Origin: Opitutales bacterium
GTDB taxonomy: Bacteria > Verrucomicrobiota > Verrucomicrobiia > Opitutales > UBA9783
Length of the DNA stretch: 32,000 nucleotides
Assembly: GCA_024407725.1 (NCBI GenBank)
Contig: JAKSVZ010000003.1
Location: 43,557 to 75,556, forward strand
Direction: 5' to 3'
Of this stretch, positions 1 through 8,659 are shown one piece after another. A program made the position numbers and the translations under genes. Numbering within the stretch: the stretch's first letter is position 1; each line of letters starts with the position of its first letter. A model generated the notes under the pieces. That model worked only from the letters and a program-made list of their open reading frames with translations, had not been told where the DNA came from and did not search any database.

Positions 1-663
1 GTGACAGTAGCGTTTGCTATATTACTAATGCCTGCTGTGTATGTACAGGGATTAGCGGTGTTAAACGAAAGCCGTTGGTTGTTTATTTTAATTCTCTTCA
101 AAGAAGCTTTGTTGGGAATGATTTTGGGGTGGTTGACCAATTTTTGGTTTTATGCGGCTCAAAGCGTCGGATTTATTTTGGATACGCAACGCGGAGCATC
201 CATGGCTAGTTTGTTTGACCCCTTATCCAATTCCCAAACCAGCCCCTTGGGTGACTTTTTGATCAAATTTACTATGGTATTGGCGGTATGCTGTGGTGGG
301 TTGTTTCTTATTTTGAAAGGCATTTATGTCACGTATGAATTATGCCCTATATTTACGTTCCCAACTGATTTAGGAAAGGCATGGATTCACTTCTTTAATC
401 ATGGAATGGGAACGGAATTGTTTAACCAAATTGCCTTATTGGGAGGTCCCGTTTTGTTCATTTTGTTCTTGGCGGAATTTGGATTGGGCTTGGTAACGCG
501 CTTTGCCCCTCAGTTAAACGTGTTCTTTTTATCCATGCCGATTAAAAGTGAACTATCCATGTTCTTCTTTATCCTGTATTTATATTATTTAGCTCAATAT
601 TTTGCGGGGCGTTTTGATTGTCGTGCGGTCGTTTTACAATTTTTAAGGTTGTTGCATGAGTGA
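1..663 (+). CDS. sctT: Type III secretion export-apparatus membrane protein SctT (YscT/FliR family), probably 5'-truncated by the window edge
   Basis: The ORF is polytopic and hydrophobic, with the FliR/SctT-like segment SVGFILDTQRGASMASLFDP. It overlaps the downstream sctU start by 8 nt. At 220 aa it is shorter than typical SctT, and the GTG at position 1 is probably internal. Confidence 0.85.
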   Translation: MTVAFAILLMPAVYVQGLAVLNESRWLFILILFKEALLGMILGWLTNFWFYAAQSVGFILDTQRGASMASLFDPLSNSQTSPLGDFLIKFTMVLAVCCGGLFLILKGIYVTYELCPIFTFPTDLGKAWIHFFNHGMGTELFNQIALLGGPVLFILFLAEFGLGLVTRFAPQLNVFFLSMPIKSELSMFFFILYLYYLAQYFAGRFDCRAVVLQFLRLLHE

Positions 664-1729
664 AAAAACAGAACAGCCAACCGCTAAAAAAATACGGGAT
701 GCCCGCAAAAAGGGGCAGGTTGCTAACAGTAAGGATGTCACCTCTACTGCGTTACTGATCATTATTTTTGCGTATTTTGGGATACGTCGAGAAGCTGTTT
801 TGCAAACGATAGGAGAATTAATAGAGCTTCCAGCTACCTTGTACAACGAACCGTTTATAGGAGCGTGTCAGCGAATTATAGCTGATGGGCTTTCGGTGTT
901 TGTTCAGGTGGTTTTGCCCCTCTTATTGTTGGTGGTCATTACCGGTTTGGCAGCTCATATGCTCCAGTTCGGATTGCTTTTGGCTTTTGAGTCGATTAAG
1001 CCGGATTTAAACAAACTCAATCCCATTTCTAAATTGAAGCAGATGTTTTCCATGAAAAACTTGGTGGAATTCCTAAAATCTGCGTTCAAAATTATATTTT
1101 TGGGGGTTTTGCTGTATTTTGTTATCCGCAATGCGCTCGATCCGCTATTAAAAACCCCGTTTATGAACTTGGAGGATTTGATGGATGTTATGCCCAGCAT
1201 CATGAAAACCTTCGTTTGTAATGTGATTTTTGCCTATGTCGTGGTGGCGTTTATCGATTTTGTTTTTCAGCGCAGAAATCACCTGAAGCAGCTGATGATG
1301 ACCAAGGATGAGGTTAAGCGTGAATTTAAAGAACAAGAAGGGGACCCTACGATTAAGGGTAAGCGTAAGCAGATGCATCGGGAATTATTGCAAGGGGGGC
1401 CGGCGGTACGTACAAAGCGTGCTTCGGCTGTCATTGTGAATCCAACGCACTATGCGGTTGCTATTTACTATAACCGTCTGGTGACCAAATTGCCCTTAGT
1501 TTTGGCCAAAGGAATCGATTTTCAGGCGCAATTGATGAAGCAAATGGCTCGACAGTACGACATACCGATTTTGGAGGATGTTCCGTTGGCTCATGCGTTG
1601 TATGATTTGGTTGATGAGGGGGACTATATTCCGCATGAATTAATTGAGCCGATTGCGCACGTCATTCGTTGGTTGCAAGAGAACAAAAATAAGGTGGAAA
1701 AAGCACCGTATGTCCCCATGAAACGCTAA
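656..1729 (+). CDS. sctU: Type III secretion substrate-specificity switch protein SctU (YscU/FlhB family)
   Basis: The N-terminus SEKTEQPTAKKIRDARKKGQVANSKD is the canonical YscU/FlhB start. Four TM segments follow, then the autocleavage motif N262-P-T-H (nt 1439-1450) within VIVNPTHYAVAIYY. Confidence 0.95.
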   Translation: MSEKTEQPTAKKIRDARKKGQVANSKDVTSTALLIIIFAYFGIRREAVLQTIGELIELPATLYNEPFIGACQRIIADGLSVFVQVVLPLLLLVVITGLAAHMLQFGLLLAFESIKPDLNKLNPISKLKQMFSMKNLVEFLKSAFKIIFLGVLLYFVIRNALDPLLKTPFMNLEDLMDVMPSIMKTFVCNVIFAYVVVAFIDFVFQRRNHLKQLMMTKDEVKREFKEQEGDPTIKGKRKQMHRELLQGGPAVRTKRASAVIVNPTHYAVAIYYNRLVTKLPLVLAKGIDFQAQLMKQMARQYDIPILEDVPLAHALYDLVDEGDYIPHELIEPIAHVIRWLQENKNKVEKAPYVPMKR

Positions 1730-1878
1730 GGTGCTTACAATGCTGTTAAAATGGCTATTGGACTGCGTTGATTGGCATCTGGACTGCATCAAAAATTATC
1801 AAAAAATTTTGCAAAAAACCACTTGCTTTATGACCCCCAAAAGTAATAATGAATTTAATCCTATAAAACCTTTTTATT

Positions 1879-4269
1879 ATGCCTGAACTTTCTATTCGAA
1901 AACGTAATGGGTCTATCGTTCCGTTTGACTTGGAACGCATTTTTAGTGCGATCCATAGAGCTTTTTTAGCGGTAAGTCCCCAATGTGATGTCTCCTTGGT
2001 ACAACGCTTAAGTGAGAAGGTGTTGTCTGAGCTAGAGCGTTATCCTGAGCATGCAATCCCATCAGTTGAAGAGGTTCAGGATTTGATAGAGCATTGCTTG
2101 ATGCAAGAGCACTTTGAAAAAGTTGCTAAAGCGTTCATCTTGTATCGTGATCAACACCGCCAAATCCGCGAAGGTCAAGCGTTGGTGTTAGATATCGGGA
2201 AAACGATGGAAGATTACCTGCATCAAAGCGATTGGCGCGTGCATGAAAACAGCAGCATGCATTATTCGGTCGGTGGGCTTATTTTGCACAACGCAGGAGC
2301 GATTACTGCCAATTATTGGTTGAGCCGTATTTACGATGAAAAAATTGCTCAGGCTCATAAAAATGGGGATTTCCATTTGCATGATTTATCCATGTTTTCT
2401 GGGTATTGTGCCGGTTGGAGCTTGCGTCAATTGTTAGAATTGGGCGTCAGTGGAGTTGAGGGTAAGGTTGGATCGAAGCCAGCCAAGCACTTTTCAACGG
2501 CTATTTGGCATATCATTAACTTTTTAGGGACGATGCAAAACGAATGGGCAGGTGCTCAGGCGCTTTCTAGTTTTGATACCTATTTAGCTCCTTTTGTTAA
2601 ACAGGATCACCTAACGTTTGAACAAGTGAAGCAGTGTATTCAAAGCTTTGTTTTTAGCATGAATACATCCTCGCGTTGGGGATCACAGCCTCCTTTTTCA
2701 AACATTACGTTAGATTGGGTATGTCCAAAAGATTTAGCGGATAAAAAGGTTATTGTTGGCGGTAAGGAATGCGATTTCTGTTACAAGGATTGTCAGAAAG
2801 AGATTGATATGATCAACCGTGCCTTTTTAGAGGTGATGCTTGAAGGGGATGCGAATGGTCGTGGGTTTGCTTATCCTATCCCAACTTACAATATTACAAA
2901 GGATTTTAATTGGGAGGGTGAAAATGCAGACTTGTTGTTTACAATGGCTGCTAAATACGGAACCCCTTACTTCCAGAATTTTATTAATTCTGACCTAAAT
3001 CCATCGGATGTACGGAGTATGTGCTGCCGTTTAAGTTTGGACAAACGAGAATTAAGGCGCCGTGGCGGTGGATTGTTCGGAGCCGATGAATTTACAGGAT
3101 CCATTGGAGTGGTAACCATCAACATGCCGCGTTTGGGCTATTTAAGCACTTCTGAAGCTGAATTTTTCCAGCGCTTGGATACCTTGATGGATTTGGCAAA
3201 GGATTCATTGGAGTGTAAGCGTAAGGTGATTCAATCGTGGTTGGATCAAGGATTGTTCCCCTATACCAAGCGTTATTTACATACATTTAATAACCATTTC
3301 TCCACGATTGGATTGGTGGGTATGCATGAATGTTGCTTGAATTTCTTGCATCAATCGATTGCAAGTGAGGCAGGACATGCGTTTGTCCAACGGGTATTGT
3401 TGCATATGCGCGATCGGTTACGGGATTATCAGGAAAAAACTGGTAATTTGTACAATTTGGAAGCAACGCCCGCTGAAGGAACTTCGTATCGTTTAGCTAA
3501 AATCGATAAAAAGATGTTCCCAGAGATGATTCAATCAGGGAGCGAGGATCCTTATTATACCAATTCGTCTAACCTGCCTGTGGATTATACATCGAATGTA
3601 TTTGAGGCGTTAGAGCATCAGGAGGAGATTCAAACAAAATATACAGGAGGTACCGTATTCCATGTGTTTTTGGGAGAAGCGTTACCGGATGCTCTGTCAT
3701 GCCGTACGTTGGTGCGTAAGATTGTGAGCAATTATCGGGTGCCTTATGTGTCGATTTCACCGACGTTTTCGGTGTGCGGAACCCATGGCCGTTTTGAAGG
3801 TCAGGTGGAACATTGCCCGAAATGTGGAGCAGAAATGGAAATCTACAGCCGTATTACCGGTTATTACCGAGCGGTTAAGTTTTGGAACAAAGGTAAGAAG
3901 GAAGAATTTAAGCAGCGGTTAACGTATGACGCAGTGCATTCCCATTTGCCGTTTGGTAAGAACGATGCAACCGCAGGTATGGGTGAAGCGGAAGCTGCTG
4001 GTTGTGAAACGAAACAAGAGGAACCCATGCCGGCTGTTCAACAAGCGTTGTTTTTCCATAGCGATTCCTGTGTTAAATGCCGTGCCTTAAAGCCATTTTT
4101 AGCTGAAAAACATTTTAACGGAACGTATGTAAACACATCCGAAACTTCAGGATTGGAGCTTGCCAAACGTTATCATATTCACAACTTGCCAGCCTTGGTG
4201 GTTCCGAACCGACCTGAAGTGGTATACGATTCAGAAGAAATTAAACGGTACGTAAGCGCTGGGTCTTAA
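1879..4269 (+). CDS. nrdD: Anaerobic (class III) ribonucleoside-triphosphate reductase NrdD with N-terminal ATP-cone and an extra C-terminal NrdH/glutaredoxin-like CxxC domain
   Basis: The N-terminus has an ATP-cone (IRKRNGSIVPFDLERI). A Zn-ribbon-like CGTH...CPKCG follows, then the glycyl-radical motif SRITGYYRAV (G661, nt 3859-3861). After that come a low-complexity linker of about 38 aa and a thioredoxin-fold-like tail of about 73 aa with C731-V-K-C734 (nt 4069-4080). Confidence 0.92.
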   Translation: MPELSIRKRNGSIVPFDLERIFSAIHRAFLAVSPQCDVSLVQRLSEKVLSELERYPEHAIPSVEEVQDLIEHCLMQEHFEKVAKAFILYRDQHRQIREGQALVLDIGKTMEDYLHQSDWRVHENSSMHYSVGGLILHNAGAITANYWLSRIYDEKIAQAHKNGDFHLHDLSMFSGYCAGWSLRQLLELGVSGVEGKVGSKPAKHFSTAIWHIINFLGTMQNEWAGAQALSSFDTYLAPFVKQDHLTFEQVKQCIQSFVFSMNTSSRWGSQPPFSNITLDWVCPKDLADKKVIVGGKECDFCYKDCQKEIDMINRAFLEVMLEGDANGRGFAYPIPTYNITKDFNWEGENADLLFTMAAKYGTPYFQNFINSDLNPSDVRSMCCRLSLDKRELRRRGGGLFGADEFTGSIGVVTINMPRLGYLSTSEAEFFQRLDTLMDLAKDSLECKRKVIQSWLDQGLFPYTKRYLHTFNNHFSTIGLVGMHECCLNFLHQSIASEAGHAFVQRVLLHMRDRLRDYQEKTGNLYNLEATPAEGTSYRLAKIDKKMFPEMIQSGSEDPYYTNSSNLPVDYTSNVFEALEHQEEIQTKYTGGTVFHVFLGEALPDALSCRTLVRKIVSNYRVPYVSISPTFSVCGTHGRFEGQVEHCPKCGAEMEIYSRITGYYRAVKFWNKGKKEEFKQRLTYDAVHSHLPFGKNDATAGMGEAEAAGCETKQEEPMPAVQQALFFHSDSCVKCRALKPFLAEKHFNGTYVNTSETSGLELAKRYHIHNLPALVVPNRPEVVYDSEEIKRYVSAGS

Positions 4270-4278
4270 AGGATAACT

Positions 4279-4965
4279 ATGCCTAAGCGGTATGGTTTTT
4301 TAGCCCAATCGTTAAGCGATTATCCGGGTGAAGTATGTAGCGTAGTATTTATACCAGGGTGTAATTTTCATTGTCCCTATTGCCATAACAAAACCCTTGC
4401 GGACGATGTTCAGCGTGATGGGTTGGAATTACCTGCTATTGAAGCTTATCTGCAGAAAGCGCGTAAACTCATCAGCGGGGTGTGTATCAGCGGGGGAGAA
4501 TCAACCTTGTATCCATCCGATTTAATGCTTTTGATCGAACGCTTTAAGCGCTTAGGGTTAAAAGTAAAGGTCGATACCAACGGAAGCCATCCGGAGGTGG
4601 TGCGGTTGATCAGCCCGTTAGTTGATTATATTGCAATGGATCTCAAAACGTCTCTAGAGCGTTATCCCCAGCTTGTTGAACCAGCTGAACAAAGCAAGTT
4701 AGTAGCTAATATAAAAGCATCGATTCAAGCACTGTTGCAGCGTGCGCCTAGTACCTATGAATTCCGTACTACGTTAGCGCGTGATTGGGTTGATGAAGCT
4801 GCCTTGCGGAACTTAGGCTCCCTAATTCATCCTTCAGCCTATTGGTATCTACAGCGTTGTTATAGTGCGCAGAACAAACCTGAAACACCCCAAGATGGGG
4901 AAACGATTGAACGTTATTTGGCAATTGCTAAAAATTATTGTAATAACGTGTTTTTTCGCCCCTAA
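4279..4965 (+). CDS. nrdG: Anaerobic ribonucleotide reductase activating protein (radical SAM)
   Basis: It has the radical-SAM cluster motif C28-NFH-C32-PY-C35 (CNFHCPYCHN). It lies 10 nt downstream of nrdD and its size is typical for NrdG. Confidence 0.88.
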   Translation: MPKRYGFLAQSLSDYPGEVCSVVFIPGCNFHCPYCHNKTLADDVQRDGLELPAIEAYLQKARKLISGVCISGGESTLYPSDLMLLIERFKRLGLKVKVDTNGSHPEVVRLISPLVDYIAMDLKTSLERYPQLVEPAEQSKLVANIKASIQALLQRAPSTYEFRTTLARDWVDEAALRNLGSLIHPSAYWYLQRCYSAQNKPETPQDGETIERYLAIAKNYCNNVFFRP

Positions 4966-4990
4966 TTAGGGGAGTAAGGAGGTTTTTTTC

Positions 4991-5737
4991 GTGGACACTT
5001 CATCGGTATACCTGCATCAGCTGTTGGTGTTTAATTGGATGAGCATGGCGTTCGTGATGGTTCGGGTGTATTTCATCGCCATCATTGTGCTTTCGGGTAT
5101 CCTATTGGGTTCGCGCAAAACTTATCTGCATGTGTGGATGGTATATGCCGCTACCGTTGTCTTTGGTTCGTTATTAAAAGAGTGGTTTCAGATAGAGCTG
5201 TTTACGCCTTGGGGCTATGGCTATGGTTTTCCATCAACCCACATGCAAGCATTGACCGCTGCTTGGGGTTATTGGTTGTTACGGCAAAAAAAGCTTTGGT
5301 TGGTAGTGCTATGGTTGACTGTATTAGCCTTAACGGCACAGTCAATAGTCTACTTTAAATGTCATACTTGGATTTGCGTATGGGGAGGTATTGTATTTGG
5401 GATACTGGAATTACCTGCGCTAGGGTGGTTAGAAAAAAATAATTGCTTGGAACAAGGTCTATTCCTATGGGTCATGGGTTGTACTATTCTATGGTTAATG
5501 TGTTCCAATACTCAAACGCACCTAATGCCTCCTTTGGCCTGTTTCATGGGTGTTTTTATAGGAATGAGAAGTACGTATGCTGTTAAACAATGGATTGGGA
5601 TAGGTGCGATCCTTATCATTTGTACTTGGTTAAGTGAGGTAATCAAATCATCTATTGATTATTATCTGGGATTAGCCAGTATTGCTTTTATCCTTACCTG
5701 TTTACCCAATTTTAAATTCTTAAAGCATTACGAATGA
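4991..5737 (+). CDS. Polytopic membrane protein, divergent PAP2-like (paralog 1, catalytic motifs degenerate)
   Basis: A strong SD (taaggagg, 4974-4981) sits 9 nt before the GTG start. There are about 7 hydrophobic segments. It has FPSTH in place of the PAP2 PSGH motif, and YFKCHTWIC in place of the PAP2 HxxxD motif. It is a paralog of the next ORF. Confidence 0.75.
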   Translation: MDTSSVYLHQLLVFNWMSMAFVMVRVYFIAIIVLSGILLGSRKTYLHVWMVYAATVVFGSLLKEWFQIELFTPWGYGYGFPSTHMQALTAAWGYWLLRQKKLWLVVLWLTVLALTAQSIVYFKCHTWICVWGGIVFGILELPALGWLEKNNCLEQGLFLWVMGCTILWLMCSNTQTHLMPPLACFMGVFIGMRSTYAVKQWIGIGAILIICTWLSEVIKSSIDYYLGLASIAFILTCLPNFKFLKHYE

Positions 5738-6468
5738 GCCTATTCTTTACGCTTTGTTATGCGCTATCCAATTCCTTAATTATGGGAGGGCTGATTGCTA
5801 TGGGTGTTTTGTTTGGATCCCGTCGTATGTTTATACGGGCTTTGTTATTGCTCTTGTTAGTGGGGACTTGGAATAGTGTATTGAAGCAATACTTTGCTTG
5901 GCCCTGGTTTACCCCTTATGGAGGTTATGGATTTCCGAGTGGGCATACCCATGCGTTAACGATTGTTTATGGGTATCTATTATGGCGCACGAAACGATTT
6001 TGGGGATTAGGCATTGGGTTAGGTTTAATACTTTGCGCAGGAGCCGGTATGGTCTATTTTGAGGATCATCGGCCCTTAGAGGTGCTGGGTGGGTTTTTGT
6101 TTGGAGTCATGGAGCTACCGATGGTATTGTGGTTAGATCGTTATGATTATGCTGAATGGGTGCTGACGGCATTGGCTTGTTTGTTCGTTGGCTTATGGTT
6201 GAATGTGACAAGTCCTATCCATACCTGCATATGGGAGCCTTTTGTTTGTTTGATGGGAGTGATTACAGGGTTGGTGTTAAGTAAGGTTGCGGTTTGGATG
6301 CGTGTTTTGGGATTGGAATTGCTGTGTATAGCTCTGATTCCGCTGCAGCTCTTGGGTTATGATTGGCGATTACAATTTCATACACCAAGTGACTACGTAG
6401 CCTTGTTTATTTTTGGATTTATCTTTACTTGCTTACCCTCTTTAAGGTGCGTCTTAAGCCGAAAATGA
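5734..6468 (+). CDS. Polytopic membrane protein, PAP2-like putative lipid phosphatase (paralog 2)
   Basis: Its start overlaps the stop of paralog 1 in ATGA. It has GFPSGH (the PAP2 motif-2 PSGH) and YFEDHRPLE (HxxxE in place of HxxxD). It shares blocks with paralog 1: GSR[KR], LK.[WY]F, YGFPS.H, VYF..H, GG..FG..ELP, F..TCLP. Confidence 0.75.
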   Translation: MSLFFTLCYALSNSLIMGGLIAMGVLFGSRRMFIRALLLLLLVGTWNSVLKQYFAWPWFTPYGGYGFPSGHTHALTIVYGYLLWRTKRFWGLGIGLGLILCAGAGMVYFEDHRPLEVLGGFLFGVMELPMVLWLDRYDYAEWVLTALACLFVGLWLNVTSPIHTCIWEPFVCLMGVITGLVLSKVAVWMRVLGLELLCIALIPLQLLGYDWRLQFHTPSDYVALFIFGFIFTCLPSLRCVLSRK

Positions 6469-6476
6469 CCGGTTGC

Positions 6477-7583
6477 TTAGCGTAATAAAATTTCTACAGC
6501 CAAGCTATCAGCTAAGAGCATTCCGTGTTGAGTGCAGCGTAAGATAGAATGGTTCAAGGTCGTAAGTCCTTGAGCACAAAAATGCTGCCAAAGCGATTGA
6601 TAACGCTCCAAATTGACCGATGGGAATTGTTTTTGTAATTCGCGCAGGTTGATTCCTTCGCATAAACGTAAGCCGAAGATCAGGTGATCCTTGCAAAGCT
6701 CGTCTGGGGTAAGCGATGGAGTGGAGCTATGAGGACCTGAATTATAAGGCAAATGGGTGGGGTTTTGGAAGCGTTGATAATTCCATTGAGAAGCGGCGCT
6801 GGGGCCCCAACCCAACCATTCTTGCATGAGCCAAGTGTTTTTGTTGTGGCGGCATTCAAAGTTGGGTTTGGCAAAATTAGACACTTCGTATTGCCGATAT
6901 CCGTGTTCGTTTAAAAAGTCCCAAGTAAACAGGTAAAAGCTTGCTTCTTTATCGACATCGACCGTTTGGTGATGCTGAGGGGTAAAGGGGCCTGAGGTAG
7001 TTTCGTAGGTCAAACAGTAAGTGGATAAGTGCTCAGGGTTTAAGCTAATGGCTGTTTCTAGGTCTTTACGCCAAAGGGTTAAGTCAGAAAAATCCGGTGG
7101 AAAAATGAGATCCAAATTGATGTTGTTGAATCCCGCGGATCGTAAGGCATCGTAAGCCTTAAAAACGTCTGCTGGGGTTTGTCGGCGTCCCAGTTGATGT
7201 AAAATGGTAGGGTTGAAGCTTTGAACACCCATGGATAGGCGTGTTACGGGCAACGAACGCAAGGCTTGTAATTTAGCTTTATCGATGGCAGTGGGGGATA
7301 CTTCCACGGACCATTCTTTTAGGTTTGCGGATGTGGGGCACAAATTTCCTAAGGCGATCAATTCATCAGGGGTTAAGCAGCTTGGATTGCCTCCTCCCCA
7401 AAAGATGGTTTCAAACGGGCGTTGTTCCCAAACAAACTGCCAATAATCCCGTTCCTGTTGGAGGTTCTGAAAAAACTGTTGGATAGCAGACTGAGAGGGG
7501 GATTGTTTATAGAAATGGCAGTAATCGCACCGATTGGTGCAAAACGGAACATGGATATAAAGGCCTAATGCGGGGAGTTTCAA
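6477..7583 (-). CDS. hemW: Radical SAM heme chaperone HemW / oxygen-independent coproporphyrinogen-III oxidase-like protein
   Basis: The N-terminus LGLYIHVPFCTNRCDYCHF carries the HemN/HemW CxxxCxxC motif. The GGGNPS motif is also present. At 368 aa it fits HemW better than HemN. The start is TTG and there is no nearby ATG. Confidence 0.85.
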   Translation of the reverse strand: MKLPALGLYIHVPFCTNRCDYCHFYKQSPSQSAIQQFFQNLQQERDYWQFVWEQRPFETIFWGGGNPSCLTPDELIALGNLCPTSANLKEWSVEVSPTAIDKAKLQALRSLPVTRLSMGVQSFNPTILHQLGRRQTPADVFKAYDALRSAGFNNINLDLIFPPDFSDLTLWRKDLETAISLNPEHLSTYCLTYETTSGPFTPQHHQTVDVDKEASFYLFTWDFLNEHGYRQYEVSNFAKPNFECRHNKNTWLMQEWLGWGPSAASQWNYQRFQNPTHLPYNSGPHSSTPSLTPDELCKDHLIFGLRLCEGINLRELQKQFPSVNLERYQSLWQHFCAQGLTTLNHSILRCTQHGMLLADSLAVEILLR

Positions 7584-7693
7584 TACCTTTTTATGGAATC
7601 ATGAGTGAGGGTAAAATCAAGCGTTGGTTCAGTGGGATGCAAAATCAGTGATTGCTATTTGGACAAAGAATCCATAAATTATAACTGTTTGTT

Positions 7694-8608
7694 ATGAGTA
7701 TTCGTTGTTTTTTATTTAAATTACTATCGTTAACGGCCTTGTTGAGCCTGATGGGATTGTCCGGTTGTCGGGAAAAGTTAACAGATTTAACCGTTAATTG
7801 TCCGCGTAATCCCTCTAATTTATATCGTTTTACCGTTGGCAGTAAAATTTCTAAATCCAAAGCGATTGCGGGTACCTTTGCGCCGATGTTAGTCATTGAT
7901 GGCAAGAGAGTGCCTTTGGAAGCGGATGCTATTAAGCCAGATGTTTACTATGTAGATTATAACTTAGGAAATGATCGAAAGAAGGCGAGGTATTACTTTG
8001 AGGTAAGTTATCAATCGATATCCAGTTCCAAATCTATCCGTACGTATACGTACACAACCCCGTTGACAGAATACGTTATTTCAGAGCATGGAGCTTCTAT
8101 GTTGCAGTTTGAACGAGCCCCAGTAGGAGCGGAAGTGCGTATCATTGGGAGCGAATTTACAGCGAACGATCGCGTGGTGATTGGACAATGTGAAGTATGG
8201 ACGACCTTTTACTCTGAAAACGCTATTTCATTTGTTGTGCCTCATTTAATGAGCGGCAAGGCTTATCCTGTATATTGCATACGGGAACGCAAAACGGATT
8301 TCGTAGGTAATTTGTTGATCGATAGCAAGCAATTGATGGTTCAACCGTCTCAATTGGAGATTGGTCAAGGCGAACAAGTGGCTTTAACAGTTAAGTTGGA
8401 TAGTCCGGTTACGGATTCGTTGGCTGTTAATGTAACAACCAATATTCCCGATAGCGTTATCATGCCCGAAGTTAAAATTGCTGCGGGAGAAGATAGCGCG
8501 ACCATAAGCCTTGAAGGCGGTGAACCAGGCGACGGAAAGCTTTATATTTCGGCCATGGGGTATGAAGAGGTAATCGTACCGATCAAGGTTTGTGCTCCGA
8601 TACAATAA
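7694..8608 (+). CDS. Lipoprotein with IPT/TIG-like and Ig-like beta domains, function unknown
   Basis: It has a signal peptide with lipobox LSG-C25. The central segment VRIIGSEFTANDRVVIGQCEVWTTFYSENAISFVVP resembles an IPT/TIG repeat. The C-terminal segment is beta-rich. Confidence 0.7.
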   Translation: MSIRCFLFKLLSLTALLSLMGLSGCREKLTDLTVNCPRNPSNLYRFTVGSKISKSKAIAGTFAPMLVIDGKRVPLEADAIKPDVYYVDYNLGNDRKKARYYFEVSYQSISSSKSIRTYTYTTPLTEYVISEHGASMLQFERAPVGAEVRIIGSEFTANDRVVIGQCEVWTTFYSENAISFVVPHLMSGKAYPVYCIRERKTDFVGNLLIDSKQLMVQPSQLEIGQGEQVALTVKLDSPVTDSLAVNVTTNIPDSVIMPEVKIAAGEDSATISLEGGEPGDGKLYISAMGYEEVIVPIKVCAPIQ

Positions 8609-8659
8609 GTTGGGCGGTTTAAGCTGAACGGTGGGCGATTCATAAGGCGGTTAGGTTGT

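Noticed and set aside
5035-5358. A 107-aa ORF in an alternative frame inside the first PAP2-like gene. Many similar 60-125-aa ORFs lie antisense or out of frame within large genes, for example 955-1203, 8709-9002, 9682-9990, 11734-12063, 19057-19320, 21248-21511, 24506-24799 and 27036-27413.
   Set aside because: Each is fully embedded in a longer ORF with clear family motifs. None has a recognisable motif of its own. Their composition is Arg/Ser/Cys-rich or otherwise odd, as is typical of shadow frames.
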